Shown here one piece after another: positions 1 to 15,428 of a stretch of DNA of 64,000 nucleotides (within the stretch, counting starts at the first letter, position 1; every line of letters begins with the position of its first letter). Source of the DNA: Eledone cirrhosa. Lineage: Eukaryota. Position numbers and translations under genes: made by a program. Below the pieces are notes generated by a model. That model made no database searches, was not told the origin of the DNA, and worked only from the letters and a program-made list of their open reading frames with translations. Location: assembly GCA_964016885.1 (NCBI GenBank), contig OZ024758.1, forward strand, positions 30,628,001 through 30,692,000, written 5' to 3'.

Positions 1-15
1 ATATATATATATACA

Positions 16-71
<56 letters not shown>

Positions 72-83
72 TATATATATGCA

Positions 84-127
<44 letters not shown>

Positions 128-159
128 TATATATATACACATATATATATATATACACT

Positions 160-191
<32 letters not shown>

Positions 192-293
192 TATATATAT
201 ACACTTATATATATATATATACACTTATATATATATATATACACTTATATATATATATATACACTTATATATATATATATATATATATATACA

Positions 294-328
<35 letters not shown>

Positions 329-987
329 TTATATATATATATATATATATATACACTTATATATATATATACACTTATATATATATATAAATTTGTAAAT
401 ATATATATATATTTACAAATTTATATATACATATATATATATATATACACTTATATATATATATAAATTTGTAAATATATATATATATTTACAAATTTAT
501 ATATACATATATATATATATATACATTTATATATATATATAAATTTGTAAATATATATATATATTTACAAATTTATATATACATATATATATATATATAC
601 ACTTATATATATATATAAATTTGTAAATATATATATATATTTACAAATTTATATATACATATATATATATATATACACTTATATATATATATAAATTTGT
701 AAATATATATATATATTTACAAATTTATATATACATATATATATATATATACACTTATATATATATATAAATTTGTAAATATATATATATATTTACAAAT
801 TTATATATACATATATATATATACATACACTTATATATATATATAAATTTGTAAATATATATATATATAGATGTATATATATATATATACACTTATATAT
901 ATATATAAATTTGTAAATATATATATATATTTAAAATATATATTTATATATATATATATTTACAAATTTATATATACATATATATAT

Positions 988-1060
<73 letters not shown>

Positions 1061-1082
1061 TACATATATATATATATATAAT
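1..1082. repeat. (TA)n-derived minisatellite with ~76-bp palindromic units
   Basis: AAATTTGTAAAT-(AT)n-ATTTACAAATTT recurs at ~389, 465, 541, 617, 693 and 769, with partial units at 846 and 907. Confidence 0.95.
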
Positions 1083-1559
1083 CTGTGTGTGTGCCCGGTG
1101 TTGATGTGCACACATGTGTGTATCAAGATGTGTAGTACTTGTCAGAGTGTTTGTTTCTTTCTAAGTTTCTTTCTATTTTATATTTCTATATTATCTTGCA
1201 TAACATGTAGGAAGGAATTTACGTCCTATCGCCCCTTTAACATGTTCACTTCCCCGAAGGAATCAAACGGAAATTGAACACGATCTGACGTGGATTGAGT
1301 TGATTTAAGTATTTGTCAACAACTGTCTAATTGAAAAATAATATATCTCCATGCTAATGGTCCCGTAACACCTGATGAAGTCGCAGGGGCGTCGTAGTGA
1401 CACACGGGGTTTCTTGGGTGCTTTTTAAATCTGGCGGACTCCATCCCTCTCCAGGTCTGAATACAGCAGATTTCTTCCAGAGAAGGACAGAAAGTGGGAG
1501 AGAAGAAGTGAGAAAGAGATATAAGCGAGGAAGAATTGTCCCCAGTACTACATAGATAC

Positions 1560-1695
1560 TTGTTTTATAGACCACGAAAGGATGAAAAGCAAAGTTGACC
1601 TCAGCGGGATTTGATATCTCAGAGCAGAGAGCCGTAACGAACACTGCAATGCATTCTATCCGACGTTCTAACGACTCTGCCAATTTGCCACCGTT
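1560..1695 (-). mobile_element. tRNA-derived SINE, diverged partial copy
   Basis: GGATGAAAAGCAAAGTTGACCTCAGCGGGATTTG...CTGCCAAT matches the other SINE copies. Confidence 0.8.
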
Positions 1696-1757
1696 ATATA
1701 TGTAAACATAATTTCCCCATTTTAAAGAGGACATCGCTTATATAATTTACTTTGAAA

Positions 1758-1940
1758 TAATTGTTTCTACTTTTGGCACAAGGCCAGCAATTATCAGTGT
1801 ATTACTGGTACTTTATTTTATCGCCCCCTTAAGGATTAAAGGCAAAGTTAACCTCGGCGGGATTTGAACTCAGAATGGCAAGGGCCGTAACTCTATGCGT
1901 CAAAGCATGGCGTCCGATCCTCTACCGATACTGCCAATCT
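1758..1940 (-). mobile_element. tRNA-derived SINE (Meta-domain-like core)
   Basis: Full consensus; flanking TGAAATAAT duplication. Confidence 0.9.
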
Positions 1941-1949
1941 TGAAATAAT

Positions 1950-2500
1950 GATTGTTAACTTAGGCTCATGGTCAGCAAAAGTTTTGGACAGGAGCAATGT
2001 TGTTTAAGTCAACGCCAATACTTGACTAGTACATTACTTTGTTGACACCAGAAGGATGAAAAGTAATGTTGGTCGGTGGGATTTGAACTCAGAACTTAAA
2101 GAATCAGAATGAATATTGCAATGACATTTTATCCAATGGTCTGCATTTAATGATCTATCTTGCTTCATCAGAGATAACTTGGAGCAAAACAACAGCAACA
2201 ATCACACTGCAAATCGCTGTAGCCTCTCTTTGTTTACTATAACAGATTCTGTTTACTAGTTATTTTTGTTGACGCAAGGTCAACAATTTATGAAGGGGAG
2301 AGTCGCATCAGTATTTGACGGATGTTATATTTTATTGACCTCAGAAGGATGAAAGGCAAAGTTGACCGAGGTGGAATTTGAACTCGTCCTGTCGGCGTCG
2401 CTAAAATAAAGCAAACGTAATGTACTGGGGTCGATTTAATCAACGTTCCCCTCCCCACAAAAATTGCTGGCCTAGTACCTAAATCAGAAACCAATATTAT
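1950..2500. mobile_element. diverged SINE fragments
   Basis: GAAGGATGAAAGGCAAAGTTGACC...GGAATTTGAACTC-like cores at ~2050 and ~2345 (-); tail-like AATTGCTGGCCTAGTACCTAAATCAGAAAC at ~2462 (+). Confidence 0.7.
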
Positions 2501-2907
2501 CATTGCTGTTGTTGTAGGTGGTGCTGGTGTAGATTTTGGTTTAGTTCGGTTTACAGTCATTTTCTAGTCCATTGTTATTTTATCATACCATTATCCATAC
2601 ATTTCTTTCACTAAAAAAGCTAAGTAACAAAATGAATACATATACAGTATAGTAAAATATATACCTCCTATCGGCTGTCAAATGATATTCAATACAAATA
2701 TATATGCAAATAAAAAAATACAATGATATTGATATGAAGAGAAGATCTGTGGGTTATTATTTTCATGATTTAGCTTTAGTAGTAAACTGATATATAAAAT
2801 AACTGATAGGACCAGGTTATAGCATCTTTCAGTAGATATCAAGTTTTAGTTGGCTTTCGTCATACTTGGTAATAAGATTTAGCTTTACACTTCTCTCTCT
2901 TGTTCAC

Positions 2908-2937
<30 letters not shown>

Positions 2938-2938
<1 letters not shown>

Positions 2939-3097
2939 GAGGATTTTGTTACAAAATTTATTTTGTTATATTTTATTTTATTTTTATACTTTTATATCTT
3001 GTTATTGCCTCCTCCATATTGAGGACGCCTTTGCATGTAAACTCCCCCCTTTGTACTTGTCCCACTTTTGATGCCCTGGTGGCAAATAAAAAGAAAG

Positions 3098-3144
<47 letters not shown>

Positions 3145-3200
3145 CATACCTATCTATTTACTTATCCATCCACCTAGCTCTCTGTTTATTTGTCTGTTTG

Positions 3201-3233
<33 letters not shown>

Positions 3234-3500
3234 ATGCCTTCTCTCTATATCAGCCTGTAGGTTGAGGAAAAAGAGGAGGAGAGGAAAGGAGTACAAACTC
3301 TCCGTACTCCTGGAGATGAGGGTTGCAGATTTTTTTTCGGGGGTATGTGTTACCCATATGTAATGTCTCCCCCTATTGGGGAAAATCGATTAATTTTTAA
3401 ATTGCATTTGTGATAATATTTTACACATTTTTATTGTATGTAAACTTCTCCCTTTGTATTTGTCCCCTTCTTTTGTGCCCCTGTGGCTAATAAAGAAACA
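2938..3500 (+). mobile_element. two 3'-end fragments of the same Tx1-like family
   Basis: The TGTAAACT...TTGTCCC...GTGGC(T/A)AATAAA 3' UTR ends at ~3095 and ~3500, each followed by (TATC)n. Confidence 0.8.
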
Positions 3501-3514
3501 TATCTATCTATCTT

Positions 3515-5048
3515 GACAGTAATGGTGTCGGAAACCTCGGAAATCGGGGTCATCGGCAACTTACTGCAGGAATATGAAAGGCTCACAGGAGCAAAACTGA
3601 ACCCGGACAAGTCTTTCGGTTTGCAACTCGGAAAGTGGAGAGGCAAACCGATGCCGTCCGACAGCATCATCGGACGCTGGACGGACGGACCGGTGAAATT
3701 GCTCGGGGTCTGGTTCGGTCCGGACCTCCAGGTGGAGAAAAACTGGAACGAGGTCACGGCCAAGGTATTTGCGCTCACCCAGAAGTGGGCAGGGTGCAAA
3801 CTGTCTTTGAAAGGTCGAGCGGAGGTCGTGTCCCCGTGAACACCTCGCCAAGATGGAACGCATGCTCTTCCAGTTCCTTTGGAAGACGCAGGCTCCACTG
3901 GTGAGGAGATCCGTCTGCTGTCAGCACCCTTCCAACGGAGGGCTGGGAATGCCGTGGCTGATGATGCGCAAACATGCGCTGAGGCTACGGCATCTCCAGG
4001 TATTCCTCACCGACCAACCGGTGTGGGCACCGTTTGTGAGACAGGCCTTCCCGCAACTTGTCTCGATGACGGAGCTGCAGTCCTGTGTAAAGCGGAGATC
4101 GAAGAAGATGGGCGCCTGGCACATTGAATACGCCCAGGCGCTCACAGCCCTCTGTCAAGCGGGCACAGCAGTCAGTGGAGACTCCACTTCGACATTCTAT
4201 AGAGGGTTAGTTAGTACATCACAAGGGCGACAACGTGCTCGGAGAGACTCTAGGCGTCGAAGACGACGAACTCACCAGTCTGTTTGGTAGGACTTCCGCC
4301 CGGGACCTATGGACAACTTCCAGAGGTCACTGGCCTGGCAGTGCTACCGAGGGGCTCTACCAGTTCGAGACAAGATCTACAGGCACGGACGTCCCGGCAG
4401 GGAACCTTCCAAGAGAACGTGTCCGAGATGCAAGCAGGGCATTGAAACCGTCTTGCACGCAATTGTACACTGCCCGGGCGTAACCGACCCGTGGAATTAT
4501 GCAGAACCACTGCTGTCGCGTATGGGACAAATCCAGTTGACTGCCGAATCCATAGTAAGGATCAAACCGCCAACTTCTTTCAAAAACGAAAGAGAGGCAA
4601 TTTTCCTCTGTATAGTGGCTATGGTGGACGAGATTGAGAGGACTGAGGACAGATGCCTTTCTCTCCGGACAACAACTCATTCCCTTCTTTGGGTACCACT
4701 TTAGAAGGAGAATCAGAGTGGAGAGGGAGGCACTGCACCCCAGTAAATTTACTGAAAGGTGGGTGAATGTAGCAAAAATAGCCCGAGTAATTGGGCCTTC
4801 TTTGTATATAAACCTGTAGGTTGAAGAAGAGAACAAAAGGAAGAAAGGAGCATTTGCACAACACGCTCTTAAGTTGAGGGTTGTTCTATCTACGGGGTAT
4901 TAAACAACCCATTTGTGGCCTCCCCCCTATTGGGGATTTCGATTGTTATAATTGTTTGTTTAATATTTTTACACGACTGTATATAAAATCCCCGGCATGT
5001 CTTTGTATTGTCCCCTTTTCGTGTGCGTCCTTGTGGCTAATAAAGAAA
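3515..5048 (+). mobile_element. 5'-truncated Tx1/L1-clade LINE (RT C-terminal part + CCHC knuckle), frameshifted
   Basis: YERLTGAKLNPDKS, VKLLGVWF, LSLKGRA, GGLGMP, CPRCKQGIETVLHAIVHC; 3' UTR ends GTGGCTAATAAAGAAA followed by (TATC)n. Confidence 0.85.
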
Positions 5049-5149
5049 TATGTCTATCTATCTATCTATCTATCAGTCTGTCTATTTCTCTATCTACCTA
5101 TCTATCTACAAATCTATATATATCTACATACCTATCTATATATCCTATG

Positions 5150-5582
5150 TGTTATGGCTATGGTGAAAGAGGTTATATGGTGGACGAGGTGAAAAGTGCT
5201 GAGGTCAGACACCTTTCTCTCCGGCGAGCAACTGATTCGTTTTTTCAAATATCATTTTGGAAGAAGAATCAGGATGGAGAGAGAGGTGCTGTACCCCAGC
5301 AAATTTTATAAAAGGTGGGTGAATGTGGCAAAGATGGCCCGAGTGGTTGGGCCTTCTCTCTATATAAGCCTGTAGGTTGAGGGAAAAGAGGAAGGGAGTA
5401 CTCACTCTTGGTGCTCCTGGAGATGAGGGTTGTACATTTTTTCGATGACGTCTCCCCCCTTTTGGGGATTTCAATTGTTATTTGTTATTTTATTAATAGT
5501 TTTATTTTCTTATACCTGTATGTAAACTCCCCATTTGTATTTGTCCCCTTCTTTGGTGTCCTTGTGGCTAATAAAGAAGTTT
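5150..5582 (+). mobile_element. 3'-end fragment of the Tx1-like family
   Basis: Homologous to 4615-5048 (AAGGTGGGTGAATGTGGCAAA...CCTGTAGGTTGA). Confidence 0.85.
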
Positions 5583-6124
5583 ATCTATATATCTATCTGT
5601 CTGTTCACCTGTCCGTCGCTTTATCAATCTATAACGCTCTAAATAATAGTTGAGAAAATTGGGAAAACATCTCTGGAGGCGGAAAAAAGTGGATGAAGAT
5701 GTGAAGTGGCGAAACCTGCATCTTTCGGATGCCGGTTATTTGCGTGGGGACGTGCACATTTCAAATGTCACAGTTTTCCATTGTTTATTATGTCATCCGC
5801 TTTGTCTACACTTCCCTCTCCCTTCTCTCCTCCTCTCCCACTCCCTCTCCCCTCTACCTCTCCCTCTCCCCTCTCTCTCCTTCTCCCCCCTCTCTCTCTC
5901 CCTCCCCCCTCTCTATCCCCCCTCTCACTCCCTCTCCCCCTCTCTATCTCCCTATCGCCCCTCTCCCCCTCTCTATCTCACTCTCCCCTCTCTCTCTATA
6001 ATATTTGTATGGGCACACACACCACCCCCATATATATTTTTTCCATGTACTGTGCCGTTTGTTTTGTTATTTTTGCTATTTCTGTTTACCTTTTTCACAC
6101 ACACACACATACATATACATACAT

Positions 6125-6156
<32 letters not shown>

Positions 6157-6157
<1 letters not shown>

Positions 6158-6412
6158 AGCAGAAGGGATATTCAATTTGTTGGTATTTCAACAAATATAA
6201 ATGTTTATAACTGATTTAGAGCACTCAACAGTATTTATCCTTTCCAGGGATAACTTGAACCGTTAAGGTATATTATCCTTGGTTATGTCAAATATTTATA
6301 AAACATTTTGTATTTTATCTGATGATAGCGTACCAAATTTTGGTACCCTTAAAATATATATAATAGAATAAATATGGTTTTATAAATATAGATTCCATTT
6401 ATTTTATATCAA
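6157..6412 (+). mobile_element. PLE pseudo-LTR fragment with degenerate hammerhead and an inverted 3' piece
   Basis: CTGATGA at 6319, stem GTACCAA/TTGGTAC, GAAA mutated to AAAA; homologous to 28175-28392 and 48530-48730. Confidence 0.65.
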
Positions 6413-6439
6413 TGTATATATATATATATATATATATAT

Positions 6440-6644
6440 AACGAAGAAAATGTGGTAAGGAACCAGATGGACCACAACGCACCAAAGTACTCAATACTTA
6501 GGGTAGTAGAGTGGGTAATAGGAACAAGTAGGACCCCGGCGGCTGAGCTCAAGCCGTTTCGACGGCTAATTCTGGACTAAAAACTTTTTAGTCCAGAATT
6601 AGCCGTCGAAACGGCTTGAGCTCAGCCGTCGGGTCCTACTCGTT

Positions 6645-6650
<6 letters not shown>
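6440..6650. mobile_element. fold-back PLE-terminus-like mini element
   Basis: Palindrome 6518-6650 centred at 6584; family copies at 26887, 50643 and 61265. Confidence 0.7.
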
Positions 6651-6681
<31 letters not shown>

Positions 6682-7039
6682 GGGTGTGTATGATTGTGTA
6701 TAGAAGATTATATTAAGTACTTTCATGCTTTCGCAATGTTCAGGTTCATATTCAGTGGTGATAGTCAAGTTTGCAATTTTCATAAGCAGGAACTAATTGC
6801 ACATTAGTGCATATAGCATGAAGCGAAATAATACTCATTACGCTTAGGCAAATTGAAATAATATTTATCCAAATATGTATCTTCCTAGACTGCTTCATCT
6901 TCGCCTTAGGCCTTGCCGTATATGCCAGGTTTGGATTTACAAACAAGACACAAATAATTCAATGGATGTAGTAAAATGTATTCATTCGTTCCAAGTCTTT
7001 TTAACAGCGCTGCTCTGAGTTTTCTATTTCTGTTGTTTA

Positions 7040-7961
<922 letters not shown>

Positions 7962-8022
7962 GTGTGCCACGTGTGCGGATGTACGGTGTGTTAATAAATA
8001 CGTTCGTATTATTTCCTTGTAA

Positions 8023-8215
8023 AGGCAGTGGATTGGCAGTATCGGTAGAGAGTCGGACGCCATGCTTTGAAGCATAGAGTTTCGTCCCTTTAAGATCTGA
8101 GTTCAAATCCCGCCGAGGTTAACTTTGCCTTTCATCCTTACGGGGTCGATAAAATAAAGTACCAGTGATACACTAGGGTAATTGCTGAACTTGTGCCAAA
8201 AATAGAAACAATTAT
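8023..8215 (+). mobile_element. tRNA-derived SINE
   Basis: Box A-like TGGCAGTATCGGTAGAG, box B GAGTTCAAATCC, core CTTTGCCTTTCATCCTTACGGGGTCGATAAAATAAAGTACCAG. Confidence 0.92.
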
Positions 8216-8279
8216 TTCCTTGTAATTATATGTATTGGATCATAAATGTCGGCACGAGTTGCGAGTGTAATCAACACAC

Positions 8280-8288
8280 ATGTGTGTA

Positions 8289-8322
<34 letters not shown>

Positions 8323-8352
8323 CATATACATATATATGTATATATATACATA

Positions 8353-8399
<47 letters not shown>

Positions 8400-8420
8400 G
8401 TATATATGTATATATATATG

Positions 8421-8451
<31 letters not shown>

Positions 8452-8588
8452 GTATATATATGTATATATATATATGTATATATATATGTATATGTATATA
8501 TATATATGTATATGTATATATATATGTATATATATATGTATATATATATGTATATTTGTATATGTATATATATATGTATATGTATATA

Positions 8589-8637
<49 letters not shown>

Positions 8638-8638
8638 G

Positions 8639-8673
<35 letters not shown>

Positions 8674-8674
8674 G

Positions 8675-8705
<31 letters not shown>

Positions 8706-8718
8706 GTATATATATATG

Positions 8719-8749
<31 letters not shown>

Positions 8750-8760
8750 GTATATATATG

Positions 8761-8795
<35 letters not shown>

Positions 8796-8826
8796 GTATA
8801 TATATATATATATGTATATATATATG

Positions 8827-8879
<53 letters not shown>

Positions 8880-8880
8880 G

Positions 8881-8911
<31 letters not shown>

Positions 8912-9844
8912 GTATATATATATATATATGTATATATATATGTATATATATATATATATGTATATATATATGTATATATATATGTATGTATATATATATG
9001 TATATATATATATGTATATATGTATATATATATATGTATATGTATATATGTATATATGTATATATATATATATATGTATATGTATATATGTATATATGTA
9101 TATATATGTATATATGTATATATATATGTATATATGTATATATGTATATATGTGTATACGTATATATATATATGTATATGTATATATATATGTATATATA
9201 TGTATATGTATATATATATGTATATATATGTATATGTATATATATATGTATATATATGTATATGTATATATATATGTATATATATGTATATGTATATATA
9301 TATGTATATATATGTATATATATGTATATATATGTATATATATGTATATATATATGTATATATATGTATATATATGTATATATATGTATATATATGTATA
9401 TATATATGTATATATATGTATATGTATATATATGTATATATATATATATGTATATATATATGTATATATATGTATATATATATGTATATATATGTATATA
9501 TATGTATATGTATATATATGTATATATATATGTATATATATGTATATGTATATGTATATGTATATATATATGTATATATATATATGTATATATATATGTA
9601 TATATATATGTATATATATATGTATATATATATGTATATATATATGTATATATATATGTATATATATATGTATATATATATGTATATATATATATATATG
9701 TATATATATATGTATATATATATGTATATATATATGTATATATATATGTATATATATATGTATATATATATGTATATATATATGTATATATATATGTATA
9801 TATATATGTATATATATATGTATATATATATGTATATATATATG

Positions 9845-9881
<37 letters not shown>

Positions 9882-10552
9882 GTATATATATATGTATATA
9901 TATATATGTATATATATATATGTATATATATATATGTATATATATATATGTATATATATATATGTATATATATATGTATATATATATGTATATATATATG
10001 TATATATATATGTATATATATATATATGTATATGTATATATGTATATATATGTATATATATGTATATATGTATATATATATATGTATATATGTATATATG
10101 TATATGTATATATGTATATGTATATATATATATGTATATATATGTATATATGTATATGTATATATGTATATGTATATATGTATATATATGTATATATATA
10201 TATGTATATGTATATATATATATGTATATGTATATATATATATGTATATGTATATATATATATGTATATATATATATGTATATATATGTATATGTATATA
10301 TATATATGTATATATATGTATATGTATATATATGTATATATATGTATATATATATATGTATATATATGTATATGTATATATATATATGTATATATATGTA
10401 TATGTATATATATGTATATATATGTATATGTATATATATGTATATATATGTATATGTATATATATGTATATATGTATATGTATATATATGTATATATGTA
10501 TATGTATATATATGTATATATGTATATGTATATATGTATATGTATATATATG

Positions 10553-10585
<33 letters not shown>

Positions 10586-10734
10586 ATGTATGTATATATG
10601 TATATATATGTATATATGTATATATATGTATATGTATATATGTATATGTATATGTATATATATATATGTATATGTATATATGTATATATATATGTATATA
10701 TATGTATATATGTATATATATATATATGTATATG

Positions 10735-10765
<31 letters not shown>

Positions 10766-10784
10766 GTATATATATATGTATATG

Positions 10785-10815
<31 letters not shown>

Positions 10816-10868
10816 GTATATATATATGTATATATATGTATATATGTATATATATATATATGTATATG

Positions 10869-10899
<31 letters not shown>

Positions 10900-10930
10900 G
10901 TATATATATATGTATATATATGTATATATG

Positions 10931-10985
<55 letters not shown>

Positions 10986-10989
10986 GTAT

Positions 10990-11030
<41 letters not shown>
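8280..11030. repeat. ~2.7-kb (TA)n/TATG compound microsatellite
   Basis: Visible directly in the sequence. Confidence 0.98.
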
Positions 11031-14000
11031 ACTTTGAATAACTTTGAAATGTTTTGGCCAGTATTGGCCCAGGCCATGTCTAACTTAATAGCACCACCTG
11101 GCGAAGTCTTTCAATTCAGGATTTGGGCACCATGGCCCATTCGAGAAGAGAATTACTGTTTGCGGAGACATATCCGGGTGTGGGTGGTTTGTCCGGGATT
11201 ACTTGGAGGAATTTGTTCAAAGACTTCTTGAATTTTGTGTGGTCAGTTTCTGTTTTGACGTGTCCTGGTGTGATGTTGAAGAGAGCAGGGCCGATTGAGG
11301 TGAAATAATTGTGCCGTATTGTTGTTATGAGTTGCGATTTAGATTTTTGAATGGGACGGATAGCACGGGGCCCAAGCCTTGGGTGTATCTTGAAGGCGAT
11401 GCCAACATCATTTGGGCAGTGATGATGGAACATTTTCCACATCATGCAGATAATATAACGCTCACGGCGACGTTGGAGTGAGTAAAGTTTCAGGTTTTCT
11501 AGTCGACCCCAGTAGTCAAGGTCTGACATGCCATCTATCTTTTTCGTGATTGCCCTTTGAGGAGCTTCAAGTTTCATGATACTTTGTTTCGTGTGGGGAG
11601 ACCACAGTGGACAACAGTATTCAAGGTGTGGTCGGGCAAAAGTAGAGAAGAGAAGGATAATGGTGTGGGAATCTCTCGACTGGAAGGTTCTGAGGATCCA
11701 GGAACACATTCTGCGGGCCATGTCAACTTTGCTGCTTATATGCGTGGCCCAGCTTATGTTGCTGTCCACGGTTACTCCCAAGTCTCTGATGTTGTTAGAT
11801 GCCACGAGAGTTTCCCCGGAGGGAAGGGAGCACGGGAGTTTCAGAGCATCCTCTTTTCCAAAGTGGATCAGTTCGAATTTGTCTTCGTTCAGTAACATGT
11901 TGTTCTTTTCCGCCCATTGGGTAACAGCCAGTAGGTCTGACTGAAGGCTTATCCGGTCATCCACGCCATTGATGACCTTTTGGAGCTTGGAATCATCAGC
12001 GAAAATTTTAATGTTGCTGTGTTTGATGATGTCAGTGATGTCATTAATATAGATGATGAAGAGAAGTGGGCCCAACACAGTGCCTTGTGGGACCCCACTA
12101 CTGACTTTGGCTGGGCTGGATTTGACTCCTTCAACTACAACATGTTGGGTTCTATTTGACAGGAAGCTCTTGATCCACTGCAGCAGCTTTCCAGTGACAC
12201 CAATATTGGACAGCTTTCTCAGTAGAATGTTATGATCAACCCTGTCAAAGGCCTTGCTGAAATCAAGGTAGATAACATCAGTGTTGGAACCCTCTCCCAA
12301 GGCTCTCAAAATGTCATCAAAGTGATGCAGTAGCTGCGTCAGGCAATCCCTTCCATTACGGGATCCATGCTGGTTGGAGTTCAGCATATTGTTACTCTCA
12401 AGGAAGTGGGTCATTCGCGATCTCACCACTCTCTCAAATACCTTAATGATATGAGAGGTGAGTGAGATTGGACGGTAATTCACGGCAAGGGATTTGTTTC
12501 CCTTTTTGAAAACTGGGACAACAGACTGGGATAGAAGGTTTTCTGGCACATTTCCAGCATCCAGTGAGTTCCGCCACAGGAGATGCAAGTTGGTGTTGAC
12601 ACGCCTTCAAGACACAAGCAGGGAACCTATCGGGACCTACTGCTGAATTATGCTTGATTTCCTTTATTGCCGCTAAGACATCAGGGGCGCCAAACGTTAT
12701 GTCCGATAAGGTGTAATGGGGAGTAACATCGCCGATACAGCCCAGATCGGCCATATCAGGATTGCTGAAAACAGAGCAGTATTGTTTCTGCAGTATCTCA
12801 CCCATGGTTTTAGCATTGTCTTGAAGAGTGCCATTTTCATCAATTAGAGGGCCAACAGTAGAGCCAGTGATTTTGTGTTTTTTTTGCAAATGAAAAGAAC
12901 ACTTTGGGATTGAGTTTGATCTTCTCAATGGCCCAGGCCTCTTCAGCTCTTCTCTGATTGTTGATGAGGGACATTATGTTGTTTTGGAGGTTATGTTTTT
13001 TAATCTCTAGTGATGAAATGGCAGTCAAGTTGATGTGTTGCTGCTGACAGTATTTCAGCTTGTTGATATTTTTGTTCGTTCTCTTAATTTTTCTGATGAG
13101 CGTTTTTCTATTTCTAGGGATTCTGCTCTTAGATTTGTTTATAGTTCTTAATGGAGTGTGTGTTGCACATATGTTTGTAACAGTGTCCACAAATGTCTGC
13201 CAGGACTTTTTGATGTTAGTGGGTGTATGAGTGTGCGTGAAGGACCAGTCGACATGTGCAAGATCATGACTGATCGCTTCCCAGTTTGCATTGTGGAAAT
13301 CCATAGCATCAAACGGATGGACAGGAGAGATGACATTGGGTTTGTATATTGGACGGTGGAATCTCAGATCACAGAGAACCATGTCATGATCAGAGAGTAG
13401 AGTTTTCTCCACTGCAATATTGTGGATATTGTCAGTGTGATTGCTGAAAATTAAGTCTAGGACGTTTTTGTGGCACCTCGTTGGTTCGAGCACCAGTTGG
13501 GATAGGAAGAAATCATCCATGAAGTCAAGAAGCGATTCTACAGCTTCCCTGTCAGAGGTTGAGGCAGAAGAACCTGGTGGCAGGCTGTTTGTGGACCAGT
13601 CAACTCCGGGGAGGTTGAAGTCCCCCATCATTAAGATGTTGTCAGGGTGACACTCTTGGATGAAATACTTTATGCTGTTGAGGCATTCCTTGAAGCATGG
13701 TACAGGCGTTTGGGGTGGCCTATAGAGCCCAACTACTATTAGGTTGTTGGTTTGACTGAATACAGTGACTGCTTCACAGTATCCATTAGTGAATATGTTC
13801 ATAGACTCTGTTGAGAAAGAATTATGGACATAAATGGCAGTCCCGCCCTTTCTTCTGCCAGCGCGATCAGCACGGATGGCTTTGAAATTTTTCACTTTCA
13901 CCTCGGCTTCCAAGTGGAGGTTACTGAGATGGGTTTCAGTGAGGACGAAGAAAGGGATGTGGTTTGGATGGACATCAATCCAGTCCTCCAGGAATTTCAT

Positions 14001-14400
14001 CTTCCATTTTTGAGTATTGGTGGAAGGGCTGATGCCTTGGGCGTTAAGCAAAAATGTAGAGGCGAGAGTGGATGGTTTTAATTGTTTTGGTGTGTTGTTA
14101 ATTTGTTTGTTTGTTAATGGCAGCAATGGGAGTTTGTGCAGTGGGGTGATAGTGGAGGGTGGTGCTGGGTGATAGCTCGAATGTTTTTTTCCAGTTCTTT
14201 TGCCAGATTCATTATGGCTAAAAAAGAGGAAGAAGTTTCCTGTTTAGAAGACTGTTGGTGACTGTGGTAGTGGTTATTTTTATGTAGGTTATGGTTTTTG
14301 TTTTTGCTTTTATTTTTAATTTTATTTTCATTTGTCCGACGGGTCCCCGGGAGATGGGTAAAGGGACAATCCCGGTCTAAACACAATCTGTCTCGCAGTA
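11030..14400 (-). mobile_element. CR1-group LINE, 5'-truncated in ORF1
   Basis: ORF1 tail with Cys/His motif ([10 protein letters not shown]), APE and RT ORF2, and a (TTCAAAGTTA)2 3' tail. Confidence 0.9.
11116..14126 (-). pseudogene. LINE ORF2 (AP endonuclease + reverse transcriptase) split by two frameshifts
   Basis: LTETHL, GLYRPP, MGDFN, SDHD; NYRPISLTS, YLDFSKAFD, GVPQGTVLGP, FADD, YCCPLWSP, YSLQRRRERY. Shifts lie near 12880 (homopolymer run) and ~12575. Confidence 0.92.
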
Positions 14401-14410
14401 TATATATATG

Positions 14411-14441
<31 letters not shown>

Positions 14442-14444
14442 GTA

Positions 14445-14491
<47 letters not shown>

Positions 14492-14496
14492 ATATG

Positions 14497-14527
<31 letters not shown>

Positions 14528-14566
14528 GTATATATGTATATATGTATATATATATATATGTATATA

Positions 14567-14660
<94 letters not shown>

Positions 14661-14736
14661 CATATATATGTATATATATATATACATATATATGTATATA
14701 TATATATACATATATATGTATATATATACATATATA

Positions 14737-14816
<80 letters not shown>

Positions 14817-14830
14817 CATATATATGTATG

Positions 14831-14896
<66 letters not shown>

Positions 14897-15130
14897 TATG
14901 TATGTATATATATATATGTATATATATATATATACATATATATGTATGTATATATATATATGTATATATATATATATACATATATATGTATGTATATATA
15001 TATATGTATATATATATATACATATATATGTATATATATATATATGTATATATATGTATATATATATGTATATATATATATATGTATATATGTATATATA
15101 TATATGTATATATATATATACATACATATG

Positions 15131-15163
<33 letters not shown>

Positions 15164-15220
15164 GTATATATGTATATATATATATGTATATATATATATA
15201 CATACATATGTATATATATG

Positions 15221-15256
<36 letters not shown>

Positions 15257-15376
15257 CATACATATGTATATATATATATATGTATATATATATATACATA
15301 CATATGTATATATGTATATATATATACATATATATGTATATATATATATATATGTATATATATATACATATATATG

Positions 15377-15428
<52 letters not shown>

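Noticed and set aside
1365-1420. Hammerhead at CTGATGA 1372
   Set aside because: Stem II is plausible (GTCGC/GTGAC) but GAAA is missing; at most a decayed relic.
8023-8115. tRNA gene
   Set aside because: Box A/B are the SINE head; there is no cloverleaf and the spacing is too long.
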